A stretch of DNA of 64,000 nucleotides from an uncultured Acidobacteriota bacterium (GCA_963704285.1 OY969886.1:1854234-1918233); one strand, 5' to 3'. Numbered from the stretch's first letter, positions 28,938 to 38,565 are shown. Numbers and translations are program-made. The notes: generated by a model not told the origin, from the sequence alone.

Positions 28938-29059
28938 GTCATCCTTCGCGAGCCGAAGGCGAGCGGGGGATCTGACGGGAAAGGGGGCGCCACCCCGGAC
29001 GGTTGCGCCGTCGTTGCCGTCAGATTCTCCCGTCTCGCTTCGCTCAACGGAAGAATGAC
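28938..29059. repeat. Family A imperfect palindrome upstream of ftsQ
   Basis: GTCATCCTTCGCGAGCCGAAGGCGAGCGGGGGATC ... ATTCTCCCGTCTCGCTTCGCTCAACGGAAGAATGAC. The right arm is nearly identical to that at 17850..17885. Confidence 0.8.
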
Positions 29060-29220
29060 CATCCCTTGAGGGACGACTTCCTTCTGCGCCATCAAACCAA
29101 CATCGGGCGCTGCCGGATTTTTTTCACAGAAAACTCGCGCGCGTACCCAAATCCACATCTGCAATTCCGGAAAAAGACGCTATAGTGATTCTTGGCGATC
29201 ACTTCCGACAAAACGGCCTG

Positions 29221-30276
29221 ATGTCGCGCGCAAACGTCACGCGAGAAGATGAGACGCTGTTCCGGCCACGCACCCCTGCGGCGCGCGAGCCTGTCGCCGA
29301 AGATGATTCTCCCCGCGTCCTCGACCTCGACCCCGAGGAGGAATCCCCGTTCTTACGCGCCCAGAAGCGGGTGGCGGTGCGGCGCGGTCCTCTGGCCAAG
29401 AAGACTGCTAATCGTCTGAAGATGGTTCTAGTGGCTCTGGCGGCCGCGGGCGCGCTGGCGGTGAGCGCGTCGGTCCTCTACCACTACGGGGCCAGTTCCT
29501 GGCGCTTCCGCCTCCGCTCGGGAAGCAGCATTGAGCTTGCCGGGACGCAGACCGTTTCCCGGCGGCAGGTGATGGAAGTGTTCGCGGCCGACCTTGGTCG
29601 CAACATCTTCTTGGTCCCGCTGGCTGACCGCCGCCGGCAACTGGAGGCTATCCCCTGGGTGGAGTCGGCATCGGTAATGCGCTTGCTGCCAGATCGCCTG
29701 CGGGTGGACCTGACCGAACGCACGCCCGTGGCTTTCGTCCGCATGGGCTCTCGCATCTCGCTCATCGACCGCAACGGCGTGGTCATGGAGCTGCCGCGCT
29801 CCAGAAAATATTCTTTCCCGGTGATCAAGGGGATGAGCGAGTCCGAGCCGCTCTCCACGCGCGCCGCCCGCATGCAGATCTACAGCGCGCTTATGCGTGA
29901 GCTCGACTCCGAAGGCGCCCACTATTCCCAGGACATCAGCGAGGTGGACCTCTCCGATCCCGAGGATGCAAAGGTGGTGGCGGCCGACCCCGGCGGCGCC
30001 GTCCTGATCCATCTGGGGGGCTCCGACTTCCTGCGGCGCTACAAGATCTATCTTGCACATCTCCAGGAGTGGCGGCAGCAGTTCCAGAAGCTGGATTCGG
30101 TGGACCTGCGCTACGAGCGCCAGATCATCGTCAACCCGGATTCCGGCCCGCACCCGGCGCCCGCGGCCACGCACAAGGCAGTGGTGAAGCCGGCGGCGGC
30201 GACCCAGGCCAAACCAGCCGTTCCAGCCCGCAAGCCGTCCCCGCGGACGAGGAACAAGAGTTCAGGGAAGCAATAG
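29221..30276 (+). CDS. ftsQ: Cell division protein FtsQ (POTRA domain)
   Basis: Single TM (LKMVLVALAAAGALAVSASVLY), POTRA-like IELAGTQTVSRRQVMEVF. Position before ftsA. Confidence 0.75.
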   Translation: MSRANVTREDETLFRPRTPAAREPVAEDDSPRVLDLDPEEESPFLRAQKRVAVRRGPLAKKTANRLKMVLVALAAAGALAVSASVLYHYGASSWRFRLRSGSSIELAGTQTVSRRQVMEVFAADLGRNIFLVPLADRRRQLEAIPWVESASVMRLLPDRLRVDLTERTPVAFVRMGSRISLIDRNGVVMELPRSRKYSFPVIKGMSESEPLSTRAARMQIYSALMRELDSEGAHYSQDISEVDLSDPEDAKVVAADPGGAVLIHLGGSDFLRRYKIYLAHLQEWRQQFQKLDSVDLRYERQIIVNPDSGPHPAPAATHKAVVKPAAATQAKPAVPARKPSPRTRNKSSGKQ

Positions 30277-30280
30277 GCCC

Positions 30281-31537
30281 ATGGCAAAGTTCGAGCAGAA
30301 TTTTCTTACGGCGATCGATGTAGGCAGCGCGAAAACCTGCGCGCTGGTGGCGGAGCTGACCGAGAACGGTCCGCGCTATTGCGGACACGGGATCAGCGAC
30401 GCCCGCGGCTCGCGCAAAGGCGTGATTGTTGACCTGGACAAGGCGGCCGCCAGCGTGCAGCGCGCGGTCGAGCAGGCCGAACAGATGGTGGGGGCCCCGA
30501 TCGAGCGGGCGCTGGTGGGCGTCGCCGGTCCGCACGTGCGCGGGGTCAACAGCCGCGGCGGCATCAGCCTGGGGACACGCGCGCGCGAGATCGGCCGCGA
30601 CGAGATTCGCGCGGCTGTGGAGCGGGCCCGCGCCTTCAACCTGCCTGAGGACCGTCAGACGCTCCACCTGCTGCCCCAGCAATTCATCCTCGACCAGCAG
30701 GACGGCATCCGCGATCCCGAAGGCATGATCGGCACGCGCCTGGAAGCGCAGGTGCACGTGGTGACTGCGTCGGCGACCGCGGCCCAGACCGTGGTGACGG
30801 CGCTGAACCGCGCCGGCATCCACGTGGACGACACCATTTATGAGCCGCTGGCCTCGGCCGACGCCATCCTGCGGCCGGATGAGCGCGAACTGGGCGTGTG
30901 CCTCGCCGACATCGGCGCCGGTTCCACCGACCTGGTGGTGTACTACGAAGGCGCGGTCGCGTATACGGGTGTGGTGCCCATCGGCGGCGACCACTTCACC
31001 AACGATGTGGCCGTTGGCCTGCGCACCCCGCTGGCCGAGGCGGAGAAGATCAAGAAGTCCTTCGGCTGCGCGGTGGTCACGAAGATTCCCGAGGCCAACG
31101 AGATCGAGGTGCCGTCGGTGGGCGAAAAGCCCTCGCGGCTGATGCCGCAGCGTTTCCTGTGCGAGGTGCTGCAGGCGCGAGCGCAGGAACTTTGCGAGCA
31201 CGTGCGCGACAACCTGCGCCACGCCGGGGTGCTGGAGCTGTGCGGCGCCGGGATCGTCCTGACCGGCGGCGGCGCGCGGCTGAACGCCGTCGGCGAGATC
31301 GCCGAGCAGATCCTGCGGCGACCGGTGCGGCTGCCTCTGCCCGCCCCGGTGGACAAGATGCCCGCCGAGCTGGCCGCGCCCGAGTTCGCGGCCGTGATCG
31401 GCATGATCTTCTACGGCAACCGCATGCGCCTGGCCCGCAGCGCGCAGGAGCAGGGCTTCACCGCCCGGCTGCGCGCGTTGTTCGCTAGGAAAACAGGATG
31501 GCCGGGAACCAATGCCGGTACTAGTGACCAGCGATGA
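30281..31537 (+). CDS. ftsA: Cell division protein FtsA
   Basis: Actin-fold motifs AIDVGSAKTCALV, DIGAGSTDLVVY, GIVLTGGGA. Confidence 0.9.
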   Translation: MAKFEQNFLTAIDVGSAKTCALVAELTENGPRYCGHGISDARGSRKGVIVDLDKAAASVQRAVEQAEQMVGAPIERALVGVAGPHVRGVNSRGGISLGTRAREIGRDEIRAAVERARAFNLPEDRQTLHLLPQQFILDQQDGIRDPEGMIGTRLEAQVHVVTASATAAQTVVTALNRAGIHVDDTIYEPLASADAILRPDERELGVCLADIGAGSTDLVVYYEGAVAYTGVVPIGGDHFTNDVAVGLRTPLAEAEKIKKSFGCAVVTKIPEANEIEVPSVGEKPSRLMPQRFLCEVLQARAQELCEHVRDNLRHAGVLELCGAGIVLTGGGARLNAVGEIAEQILRRPVRLPLPAPVDKMPAELAAPEFAAVIGMIFYGNRMRLARSAQEQGFTARLRALFARKTGWPGTNAGTSDQR

Positions 31538-31600
31538 AGCGCGGCAAGCTGAGACATTGCAGAGCAACCCTCAAGTTCGTGCCAAATGTAACGCGATTCA

Positions 31601-31857
31601 CGTATCAGGGCCCGACTTTAGTCGTGCCGTTAGGGGCTTCTTGCATTGTCATTCCGAGCCCGGCCGAGCGAGCCATTGCGAGCGAGGGCGAGGCGAGGAA
31701 TCCTGGTGTTCTACAAGGCGTCTTCGGGAAGTCAGAGGACATCCACACAACCCAAGATCCCTCGACTCGCGCTCGGCTCGCGAACTCGCCTCCCGCTTCG
31801 CTCGGGATGACAATTGCCGCGCCGGCTACGGCACGACTAAAGTCGTGCCCTGATACG
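31601..31857. repeat. 257-nt nested palindrome filling most of the ftsA-ftsZ spacer
   Basis: Outer 30-nt arms CGTATCAGGGCCCGACTTTAGTCGTGCCGT / ACGGCACGACTAAAGTCGTGCCCTGATACG. Inner family A arms GTCATTCCGAGCC... / ...CTCGGGATGAC. Confidence 0.85.
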
Positions 31858-31910
31858 TTAATGTCACACGAATGGGATTCTTCAGCGCACCCTAGTCGGA
31901 GAGAGAAATC

Positions 31911-33137
31911 ATGAGCGACAAGACCGAGAAGAAAGACATCCGCATCCAGTTCCACGACGACGCGCGCAACCAGGCCAAGATCAAGGTGATCGGCGTGGGG
32001 GGCGGCGGCAGCAACGCCGTCAATCGCATGATCGACGCCAAGGTCGAGGGTGTGCAGTTCGTGGTCGCCAACACCGACCTGCAGGCGCTGCAGATGGCGC
32101 GCGCGCCGGTAAAGATCCAGCTCGGCGTCAAGCTGACCAACGGCTTGGGCGCTGGGGCGAATCCCGAGGTCGGGCGCAAGGGTGCGCTGGAAGACGCCGA
32201 CAAGATCATCGAGGCGCTGGAAGGCGCGGACATGGTGTTCGTCACCGCCGGCCTGGGCGGGGGCACGGGCACGGGCGCGGCGCCGATCATCGCTTCGCTC
32301 GCCAGCGAGATGGGCGCGCTCACGGTGGCGGTGGTCACCAAGCCCTTCGCCTTCGAAGGCAAGCGGCGCATGCAGCAGGCGGAGCGCGGCTTGGCCGAGC
32401 TGATCGATTCGGTGGATACCACCATCGTCATCCCCAACGAGAAGCTGCTGGCGGTGGCGCAGAACGCCGGCTTTTTCGAATCGTTCCGCGTGGCCGACGA
32501 CATCCTGCGCCAGGCGGTGCAGGGCATCTCCGACATCATCACCATCCCCGGCATCATCAACCGCGATTTCGCCGACGTGAAGGCGATCATGGCGGGCATG
32601 GGCTACGCCGTCATGGGCACGGCCACCGCCAAAGGCGAGCGCCGCGCCATGGAGGCGGCGCAGAAGGCCATCGCCTCGCCGCTGCTCGAAGCCGGCGCCA
32701 TCGACGGCGCGCGCGGCATCCTCATCAACGTCACCGGCTCCAGCGCCCTCAAGCTGGCGGAGGTGAACGAGGCTTCCACCATCATCCAGAGCGCCGCCCA
32801 CGAGGACGCCAACATCATCTTCGGCGCGGTGATGAACGAGCAGATGAAGGACGAGGTCAAGATCACGGTCATCGCCACCGGCTTCAAAACCGACAATCCG
32901 CAGCGCCGCGAGCGCACCAAGGATGCGGCGGCCATCTCCAGCACGCGCACCTTCGTGCCGGCCACGCCGACGCCTCCGCCGGGCGTGACCGTAGCCGCCG
33001 TTGCCAAGGACCGGGCGGCGGCCGTGGCTGCGGCACAGCACGATGCCCTGAGCATGCTGCCGGAGATGCCGCCACCGCTCGAGGATGAGGACCTCGACGT
33101 GCCGGCCTTCATCCGCAAGCGGGGAGAGATCCAGTAA
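31911..33137 (+). CDS. ftsZ: Cell division protein FtsZ
   Basis: [10 protein letters not shown] and [10 protein letters not shown] tubulin signature. C-terminal [10 protein letters not shown] peptide. Confidence 0.95.
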   Translation: MSDKTEKKDIRIQFHDDARNQAKIKVIGVGGGGSNAVNRMIDAKVEGVQFVVANTDLQALQMARAPVKIQLGVKLTNGLGAGANPEVGRKGALEDADKIIEALEGADMVFVTAGLGGGTGTGAAPIIASLASEMGALTVAVVTKPFAFEGKRRMQQAERGLAELIDSVDTTIVIPNEKLLAVAQNAGFFESFRVADDILRQAVQGISDIITIPGIINRDFADVKAIMAGMGYAVMGTATAKGERRAMEAAQKAIASPLLEAGAIDGARGILINVTGSSALKLAEVNEASTIIQSAAHEDANIIFGAVMNEQMKDEVKITVIATGFKTDNPQRRERTKDAAAISSTRTFVPATPTPPPGVTVAAVAKDRAAAVAAAQHDALSMLPEMPPPLEDEDLDVPAFIRKRGEIQ

Positions 33138-33162
33138 CGTCGGGCAGCTGAGTCAAGCCGGG

Positions 33163-33789
33163 CTATTTCTTGCCATTCGCCGCAACGGGCTTGCCATCGA
33201 CGATGACAACGTCCGTGCGCCGGTAGATCGCTTTTCCTTGGAGTTTCTGGGCGGGATTTCTTACGCCAAACGTGTGTGTTCTGCCGCCGCCAGCTTCGCC
33301 TGCGCTGCTTTTCTCGTACTTCCAATCCGATTTTTCAAGAAACACAACATCAACTCTCCAGATGATTACCGGTTTCTTTCGTTCGATTGATTCAGTCGGA
33401 TCGACCAAGTAGCGCCAAACGATGTACCACCCGGGGTGGTCGTAATGCGATTGGATCGCCCATGGGCGCTTACTTGCTTTACTCTCAAGGCATTCGTCCG
33501 GCTTCGGCGGGTGCGCGCAGCCCCGCCGGCACAGATCGGGAAAACGCTGCTGAGCTGTATACGCGTGCCGGTGTTTTTCCCAATTGCTGACCGAATCCAA
33601 TGCCTTCGTACCAAGAATTCCGACAATGGCGCTGAAGACGTTTGCCTGTTCGAAATAGATCTCTACCAAACCTGCGAGTTCGCGCTCCATGTACTCGATG
33701 GCGTGCCCGATCACGGATACGCCTCCGAATCCAGGAGGCAGAGGCACGGTGCCGTCGAACCACTCGGCCCTCTTATTTTTTCGCGCCAT
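33163..33789 (-). CDS. Uncharacterised protein, candidate restriction endonuclease partner of the adjacent methyltransferase
   Basis: 208-aa ORF overlapping the methylase stop by 17 nt. Possible PD-(D/E)xK elements (RFPDL...LESK, VDVVFLEKSDWK). Lower GC by eye. No family recognised. Confidence 0.35.
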   Translation of the reverse strand: MARKNKRAEWFDGTVPLPPGFGGVSVIGHAIEYMERELAGLVEIYFEQANVFSAIVGILGTKALDSVSNWEKHRHAYTAQQRFPDLCRRGCAHPPKPDECLESKASKRPWAIQSHYDHPGWYIVWRYLVDPTESIERKKPVIIWRVDVVFLEKSDWKYEKSSAGEAGGGRTHTFGVRNPAQKLQGKAIYRRTDVVIVDGKPVAANGKK

Positions 33790-34864
33790 TCCCGTTGGAC
33801 TCGGTTGGAACGACTTGGGCCAGCAGCGGGATGGCCTTTGCGGCCATTAAGAAATACTGCTCATTCGCTTCGAGCCCTATAGCCTGCAATCCGAAGGCAG
33901 CAGCAGCAGCGATCGTGGAACCCGAACCCATGAAGGGGTCAAGGATGACACCTTCTTGAAAGGGCAGAGCAGCACGGACGATCTGGCGCAGAAACGCCTG
34001 GGGTTTCAGCGAGGGGTGCGGAGCAATTTGTCGTTCGAGTCCGCGCGCGGGAGACGAGTAAATGAGATCCTTAAACGGTTCGTCGGCGGATATCCGGCGC
34101 AGTCCCCCGGTCTTCCACCTTCGCAGGTTGTCCTGCACTCGACCTTCGAACGGCTTGCGGAATAAGCCCCACGGTTCCCAGCACGATTTGGGCATTACAC
34201 TTACGTGGGGGAACTCGTGATGTGCGTTCTTTGGGCGGTCACCACCGCGCAGAGTGTACACGACACGAATAATTTCCCCACGCTTCTCGAAACCAGCGGC
34301 AATAAACGGTTCGTATACGAGGTGCGACACCAGCGGATTGGTAGCAATGAAGACGTGCGCTCCGGGCACCAGTACCGGCAAGAGTAGTTCAGCGAAGCGC
34401 TGAAAGAACTTTCGCAGTGCCGTATGATCCCGCTGTTTGAGCACAGTAAATCTGGGAAGAGGCTTTCGTTTGCAACCGTCGAAAGCTGGTGGTATCCGCC
34501 ACACACCACCACGCCCATTGCGCAATTTTTCCAATTCGCGGGCAGTGTATTCGACCAGTCCATAGGGAGGATCCGTCACGACCGCGTGGACGCTGTGAGC
34601 CCGTGCCTTTTGCAGCCAGTCGAAGGCGTCGGTGTGGAAAATCTGGTACTGCCCAGCAGAGTGAAACAAATGGCCTGTACTGGAGAGGGCATGCCTCCCG
34701 GAGCGAGTCGGCGCGTTCCCCTGAAGCGTTGGCATCTGTAGGATGAACCGGGCTGAGAGCCTAGTCGGCATGTTAGCAAAGTTGCATCCACCGCCAAACA
34801 GCTTTCCCTCGGTCCCGGTGCTCCGAACCATTCCCGCCAATTGGCAGGGGCCGGGCTCGCGCAT
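33773..34864 (-). CDS. N4/N6 DNA methyltransferase, beta-class (PF01555-like)
   Basis: VVTDPPYG (motif IV) precedes ILDPFMGSGSTIAAA (motif I). Start codon uncertain (34864 or 34735). Confidence 0.8.
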   Translation of the reverse strand: MREPGPCQLAGMVRSTGTEGKLFGGGCNFANMPTRLSARFILQMPTLQGNAPTRSGRHALSSTGHLFHSAGQYQIFHTDAFDWLQKARAHSVHAVVTDPPYGLVEYTARELEKLRNGRGGVWRIPPAFDGCKRKPLPRFTVLKQRDHTALRKFFQRFAELLLPVLVPGAHVFIATNPLVSHLVYEPFIAAGFEKRGEIIRVVYTLRGGDRPKNAHHEFPHVSVMPKSCWEPWGLFRKPFEGRVQDNLRRWKTGGLRRISADEPFKDLIYSSPARGLERQIAPHPSLKPQAFLRQIVRAALPFQEGVILDPFMGSGSTIAAAAAFGLQAIGLEANEQYFLMAAKAIPLLAQVVPTESNGNGAKK

Positions 34865-34881
34865 AAGCTGAGAGGGGAGGG

Positions 34882-36081
34882 ATGAGTCTGCAAGCCTTGC
34901 TGGTCAGCCGCGATGCGGACGCGGTGTCCGTCCTGCAGCGAGTGATGCACGACCTGGACGTCGAGAGCGAGGTGTGCGCCGAACTGCAGCCCGCGGTGGA
35001 GCGGCTGGCGCAGGGCGCAACCTCGGCCGTGGTGGTGGACTACGACGTCGAACACGCCACCGAACTGCTGAAGCTGATGCGGCAGAACTACGCCGGCAGT
35101 TGCGTAGCGCTGGCCATGGTCAAGGGGCTGGCCAGCATCCAGGCGGCCTATGACATGGGCGCGAACTTCGTCCTGATCAAGCCGGTCAGCGCCGATGCCG
35201 CCTCCCGCAGCCTGGGTGAGGCCACCGCCCTGGTGCGGCGCATGATCCATCGCCCGGCGCGCCTGGTGGTGCCGACCCTGGCCTACGTCAGCTTCGAAGG
35301 CGCGTACGATCCCGCCATCATTCTCGACATCAGCGAGGGCGGCATGGCCATCCAGGCCTTGCAGCCGGTGCAAGCCAGCGGGCCGCTGCGCCTGCACTTC
35401 GACCTGCCCGGATCGCTCGACACCCTGAGCTTGACCGCCGATATCGTCTGGACCGATTCTTCCGGACGCGCAGGCTTGCGTTTCCTCGACCCCTCGGAAG
35501 ACGAGCTGCAACGGCTGCGCGAGTGGCTGCGCGTCAACGGCTCCAGCCTGCGGTCCGCGACCAGGCAGGAGGACGGCGCAGCCGCGTTCTTGCCGCCTTT
35601 GGTCGATGCGGGCTTGGAGTCAAAGGCCCGGCCGGGCTCGGCAACCGTCGCGCAGCGCGTGTTCTCGACCCTGGTCGATGCGGGAATCGTGCTGCTGGCC
35701 AGCCTGGTGTTCTTCGGTACCTTCCTGGCTTGCGTGCGCCACCTGCCCTTTTCGCGCTGGGCATTGCCCATCGCCCTGGTGGCGCCGTTCGTGTTCTGGG
35801 TCCTCTACCTGTACTTGTTCCTCGCGCATCCCCGGGGAACGCCCGGCATGCAGATGGCGGAACACGGAACCGCGGCCGCGGACAGGCCTGAGATGTTCGA
35901 CCTGGTGCCGCCATCGCCGCTGGTCTCGGCCAGTTCGCGAGTTTTGAGCTGGCTGGAAGCGCGTTGCGCCAGCGCGCCCAGAGCTCATGCGGCCGCCGAC
36001 GCAATGGCCGCCCCGGTTCCCCCCATCACCCCTGGCGCCGCCGCGCCCGCGCACCCGCGGAACGGACTGCCGCATTCCTGA
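34882..36081 (+). CDS. REC-like + PilZ + RDD-like membrane domain protein
   Basis: N-terminus MSLQALLVSRDAD...AVVVDYD (CheY-like). RRMIHR...LDISEGGMAIQ (PilZ). C-terminal STLVDAGIVLLASLVFFGTFLA...ALVAPFVFWVLYLYLFLAHPRGTPGM (RDD-like). Confidence 0.6.
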   Translation: MSLQALLVSRDADAVSVLQRVMHDLDVESEVCAELQPAVERLAQGATSAVVVDYDVEHATELLKLMRQNYAGSCVALAMVKGLASIQAAYDMGANFVLIKPVSADAASRSLGEATALVRRMIHRPARLVVPTLAYVSFEGAYDPAIILDISEGGMAIQALQPVQASGPLRLHFDLPGSLDTLSLTADIVWTDSSGRAGLRFLDPSEDELQRLREWLRVNGSSLRSATRQEDGAAAFLPPLVDAGLESKARPGSATVAQRVFSTLVDAGIVLLASLVFFGTFLACVRHLPFSRWALPIALVAPFVFWVLYLYLFLAHPRGTPGMQMAEHGTAAADRPEMFDLVPPSPLVSASSRVLSWLEARCASAPRAHAAADAMAAPVPPITPGAAAPAHPRNGLPHS

Positions 36082-36385
36082 ATCGGTCCAGCGCGCCCGC
36101 CCCATTACCAAAGCCTCTGTCCTGCCGCAACTCACGTGTCAGGGGCGGCATCCGTTATGCTCAGGACGAGTGACTCTGCTCAGCAAAAGAGTGACTCTGG
36201 TTAACCATCAAGGTGACCTCGGAGGCCGGGAATTGGAGTTTTTGCGTTGCAATCGGGGCGGTAACTCTCTTACTATTACGCCCAGTCTCCCCCCCGAGAA
36301 TGTCGCGGCCCCAGCTCCGGCATGGCCGAAGGTTGCTAGTAGTGTTCTTAACCGACATCACGGTTCGAATCGGATATTAGGGAAA

Positions 36386-37639
36386 ATGTTGAAACCAGGT
36401 TGTATCGCTCATCTCGTCCTGATCGTTGGTATCGCCGTCCTGCTTCCGGCGAGCGCTGCAGCCAGCTCCACCCGCAGCAGCAAGACTTCTGCCGCCGCAG
36501 GCATCACCGAGACTCCGCGTACGCAGAAGCGCATCGCGCGCCTGCGGCATACCCGCGCCACCCGCGCCACTTCCAGCCGCCGCCGCCCGCAGCACACCCG
36601 CGCCACCCGCGCCAGATCCACTCGCCGCCACCGGCGGTCCTACGAGCGCTTCTACACCAGTTCCTATGCCGACGACGTCACCGAAGGCGACGTGATCGCG
36701 GGCGAGGACCCGATGGTCCGCGCCGCCGCCATCGAGGCCCTGGGCAACATGAACGGCACGGTGGTGGCCATCGATCCGGATAGCGGCCGGGTGCTGAGCA
36801 TGGTCAACCAAAAGGTGGCGCTCTCCGGCGGCGCGCAGCCGTGTTCGACCATCAAGCTGGCGGTGGCGCTGGCGGGGCTGAACGAACGCATCGTGGACAA
36901 GAACACCGAGATCACGCTCGGCCGTCGCTCGCGTGTGAACCTGACCGAGGCCTTGGCGCACTCCAACAACGCTTACTTCGAAGCGCTCGGACGCCGGCTC
37001 GGCTTCGAGAAGGTGAGCTACTACGCGCACGAGTTCGGGCTCGGCGAACTGGCCGGTTACAACATCTCGGGCGAGCATCTGGGCGTGTTCCCCAGCCAGG
37101 AACTGGCGGCGCGGGCCGGCGGCGTGGCCAAGATGTGCTCGTTCGGGGAAAGCATCTCCATGACCCCGCTGCAACTGGGCGCGTTGGTGGCGGCCATGGC
37201 CAACGGTGGCACACTCTTTTACCTGCAGCATCCCACCCGGGCGGAAGAAGTGGCGGGATTCCTGCCCAAGGTCAAGCGGCAGCTCGATATCGCGCCGCTC
37301 GTCCCGGCGATGGCCGACGGCATGGCGGGCGCGGTCGAATACGGCACCGCGCGTAGCGTGCGCTACAACTTCAGCGAAGAACCGGTGCTGGGCAAGACTG
37401 GCACCTGCTCGCACGACGGCACGCGCTACGGCTGGTTCGCCTCCTACGCCAAGACGGACCGCGGACGGATCGCGGTGGTGGTCTTCCTGCAGGGCGGGCG
37501 TCCCACCTTCGGCCCCAAGGCGGCGGAAATCGCCGGGCGCATGTACCGCAATCTCTACGACCACAACTTCTTCGCCGCGACGCCAAGCACCAACGCCAGC
37601 CGCACGCCGGGCATGCAATCGGTCGGCGCCGCGCAGTAA
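36386..37639 (+). CDS. Penicillin-binding transpeptidase-domain protein with Arg-rich linker
   Basis: ATG 36386 inside ORF 35987..37639. STIK, SNN, KTGT motifs. N-terminal TM, then RHTRATRATSSRRRPQHTRATRARSTRRHRR. Confidence 0.75.
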   Translation: MLKPGCIAHLVLIVGIAVLLPASAAASSTRSSKTSAAAGITETPRTQKRIARLRHTRATRATSSRRRPQHTRATRARSTRRHRRSYERFYTSSYADDVTEGDVIAGEDPMVRAAAIEALGNMNGTVVAIDPDSGRVLSMVNQKVALSGGAQPCSTIKLAVALAGLNERIVDKNTEITLGRRSRVNLTEALAHSNNAYFEALGRRLGFEKVSYYAHEFGLGELAGYNISGEHLGVFPSQELAARAGGVAKMCSFGESISMTPLQLGALVAAMANGGTLFYLQHPTRAEEVAGFLPKVKRQLDIAPLVPAMADGMAGAVEYGTARSVRYNFSEEPVLGKTGTCSHDGTRYGWFASYAKTDRGRIAVVVFLQGGRPTFGPKAAEIAGRMYRNLYDHNFFAATPSTNASRTPGMQSVGAAQ

Positions 37640-37663
37640 GAACGAGCCGCAGATTTCTTCAGC

Positions 37664-37692
37664 AGGCCTCCGGATCGGAGGCCTTTCTTATT
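37664..37692 (+). terminator. Rho-independent terminator after the PBP gene
   Basis: AGGCCTCCG-GAT-CGGAGGCCT followed by TTCTTATT. Confidence 0.65.
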
Positions 37693-37851
37693 GCTCGAAG
37701 CAAGGCTGATTCACCGCCGAGGACACCAAGGTCGCCGAGGCTTTTCTGAACTCAGATCCCCGGCGAACTCGGCGTTCTCTGTGGTAAGACCCTGTGGAAG
37801 GTTTGCAGCTACTTCCTGTGCTCGTCGCCGAAGATCCGGGTTCCCGGCGGG

Positions 37852-38565
37852 CTATCCGGTCTTGGAACTTACTACCGAGACATTCTGCTTCCCGCCGGTC
37901 TCATCCCGTTCCCGCGTCAGCTCCTTGACCGTGTCTTCCAACTTCTGAACCTGCTCCGCCAGCGCCGCCAGGGCATCCGACAGCGGATCACGGATTTCCT
38001 TGGGATCGGTGATGACCACCCGCTTCCCGTCGCGAAAAATGATATGCCCGGGGACACCCACAATGGTGGAATTGTCCGGGACATCGTTCAACACCACCGA
38101 TCCCGCTCCCACGCGGCAGTTCTCGCCGATGGTGATATTGCCCAGAATCTTGGCCCCGCCTCCCACGACCACGTTGTTGCGAAGCGTTGGGTGCCGTTTG
38201 CCCTTTTCCTTGCCGGTTCCGCCCAGGGTCACGCCCTGGTACATGGTCACGTCATCCCCGATGATGGTGGTCTCGCCGATGACCACGCCCATGCCGTGAT
38301 CGATGAAGAAACGGCGGCCGATCTGCGCGCCGGGATGGATCTCGATGCCCGTCAGCAGGCGCGCAACCTGGGAGAGGAAGCGTGCCAGCAACCGCAGACG
38401 GTGCGTCCACAGCCAGTGGTTCACCCGATGCGCCCACAAGGCGTGCAGACCGGGGTAGCACAGCAGGACTTCGATCCAGGACTTGGCCGCGGGGTCCCGC
38501 TCGAAGACCGAGGCAATGTACTCGCGAACCGATTGGCTTAAGCCTGGCATAGCTTCGATCAGCAC
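37852..38565 (-). CDS. cysE: Serine O-acetyltransferase
   Basis: DPAA...[46 protein letters not shown] hexapeptide repeats. Confidence 0.85.
   Translation of the reverse strand: MLIEAMPGLSQSVREYIASVFERDPAAKSWIEVLLCYPGLHALWAHRVNHWLWTHRLRLLARFLSQVARLLTGIEIHPGAQIGRRFFIDHGMGVVIGETTIIGDDVTMYQGVTLGGTGKEKGKRHPTLRNNVVVGGGAKILGNITIGENCRVGAGSVVLNDVPDNSTIVGVPGHIIFRDGKRVVITDPKEIRDPLSDALAALAEQVQKLEDTVKELTRERDETGGKQNVSVVSSKTG

Noticed and set aside
37800-37835. Short similarity between the region downstream of cysE and the 3' end of the ABC ATPase gene (…GDEHRK* vs …GDERKK*)
   Set aside because: Only about 35-50 nt are similar. This is compatible with another small dispersed repeat and is insufficient to claim a gene fragment.
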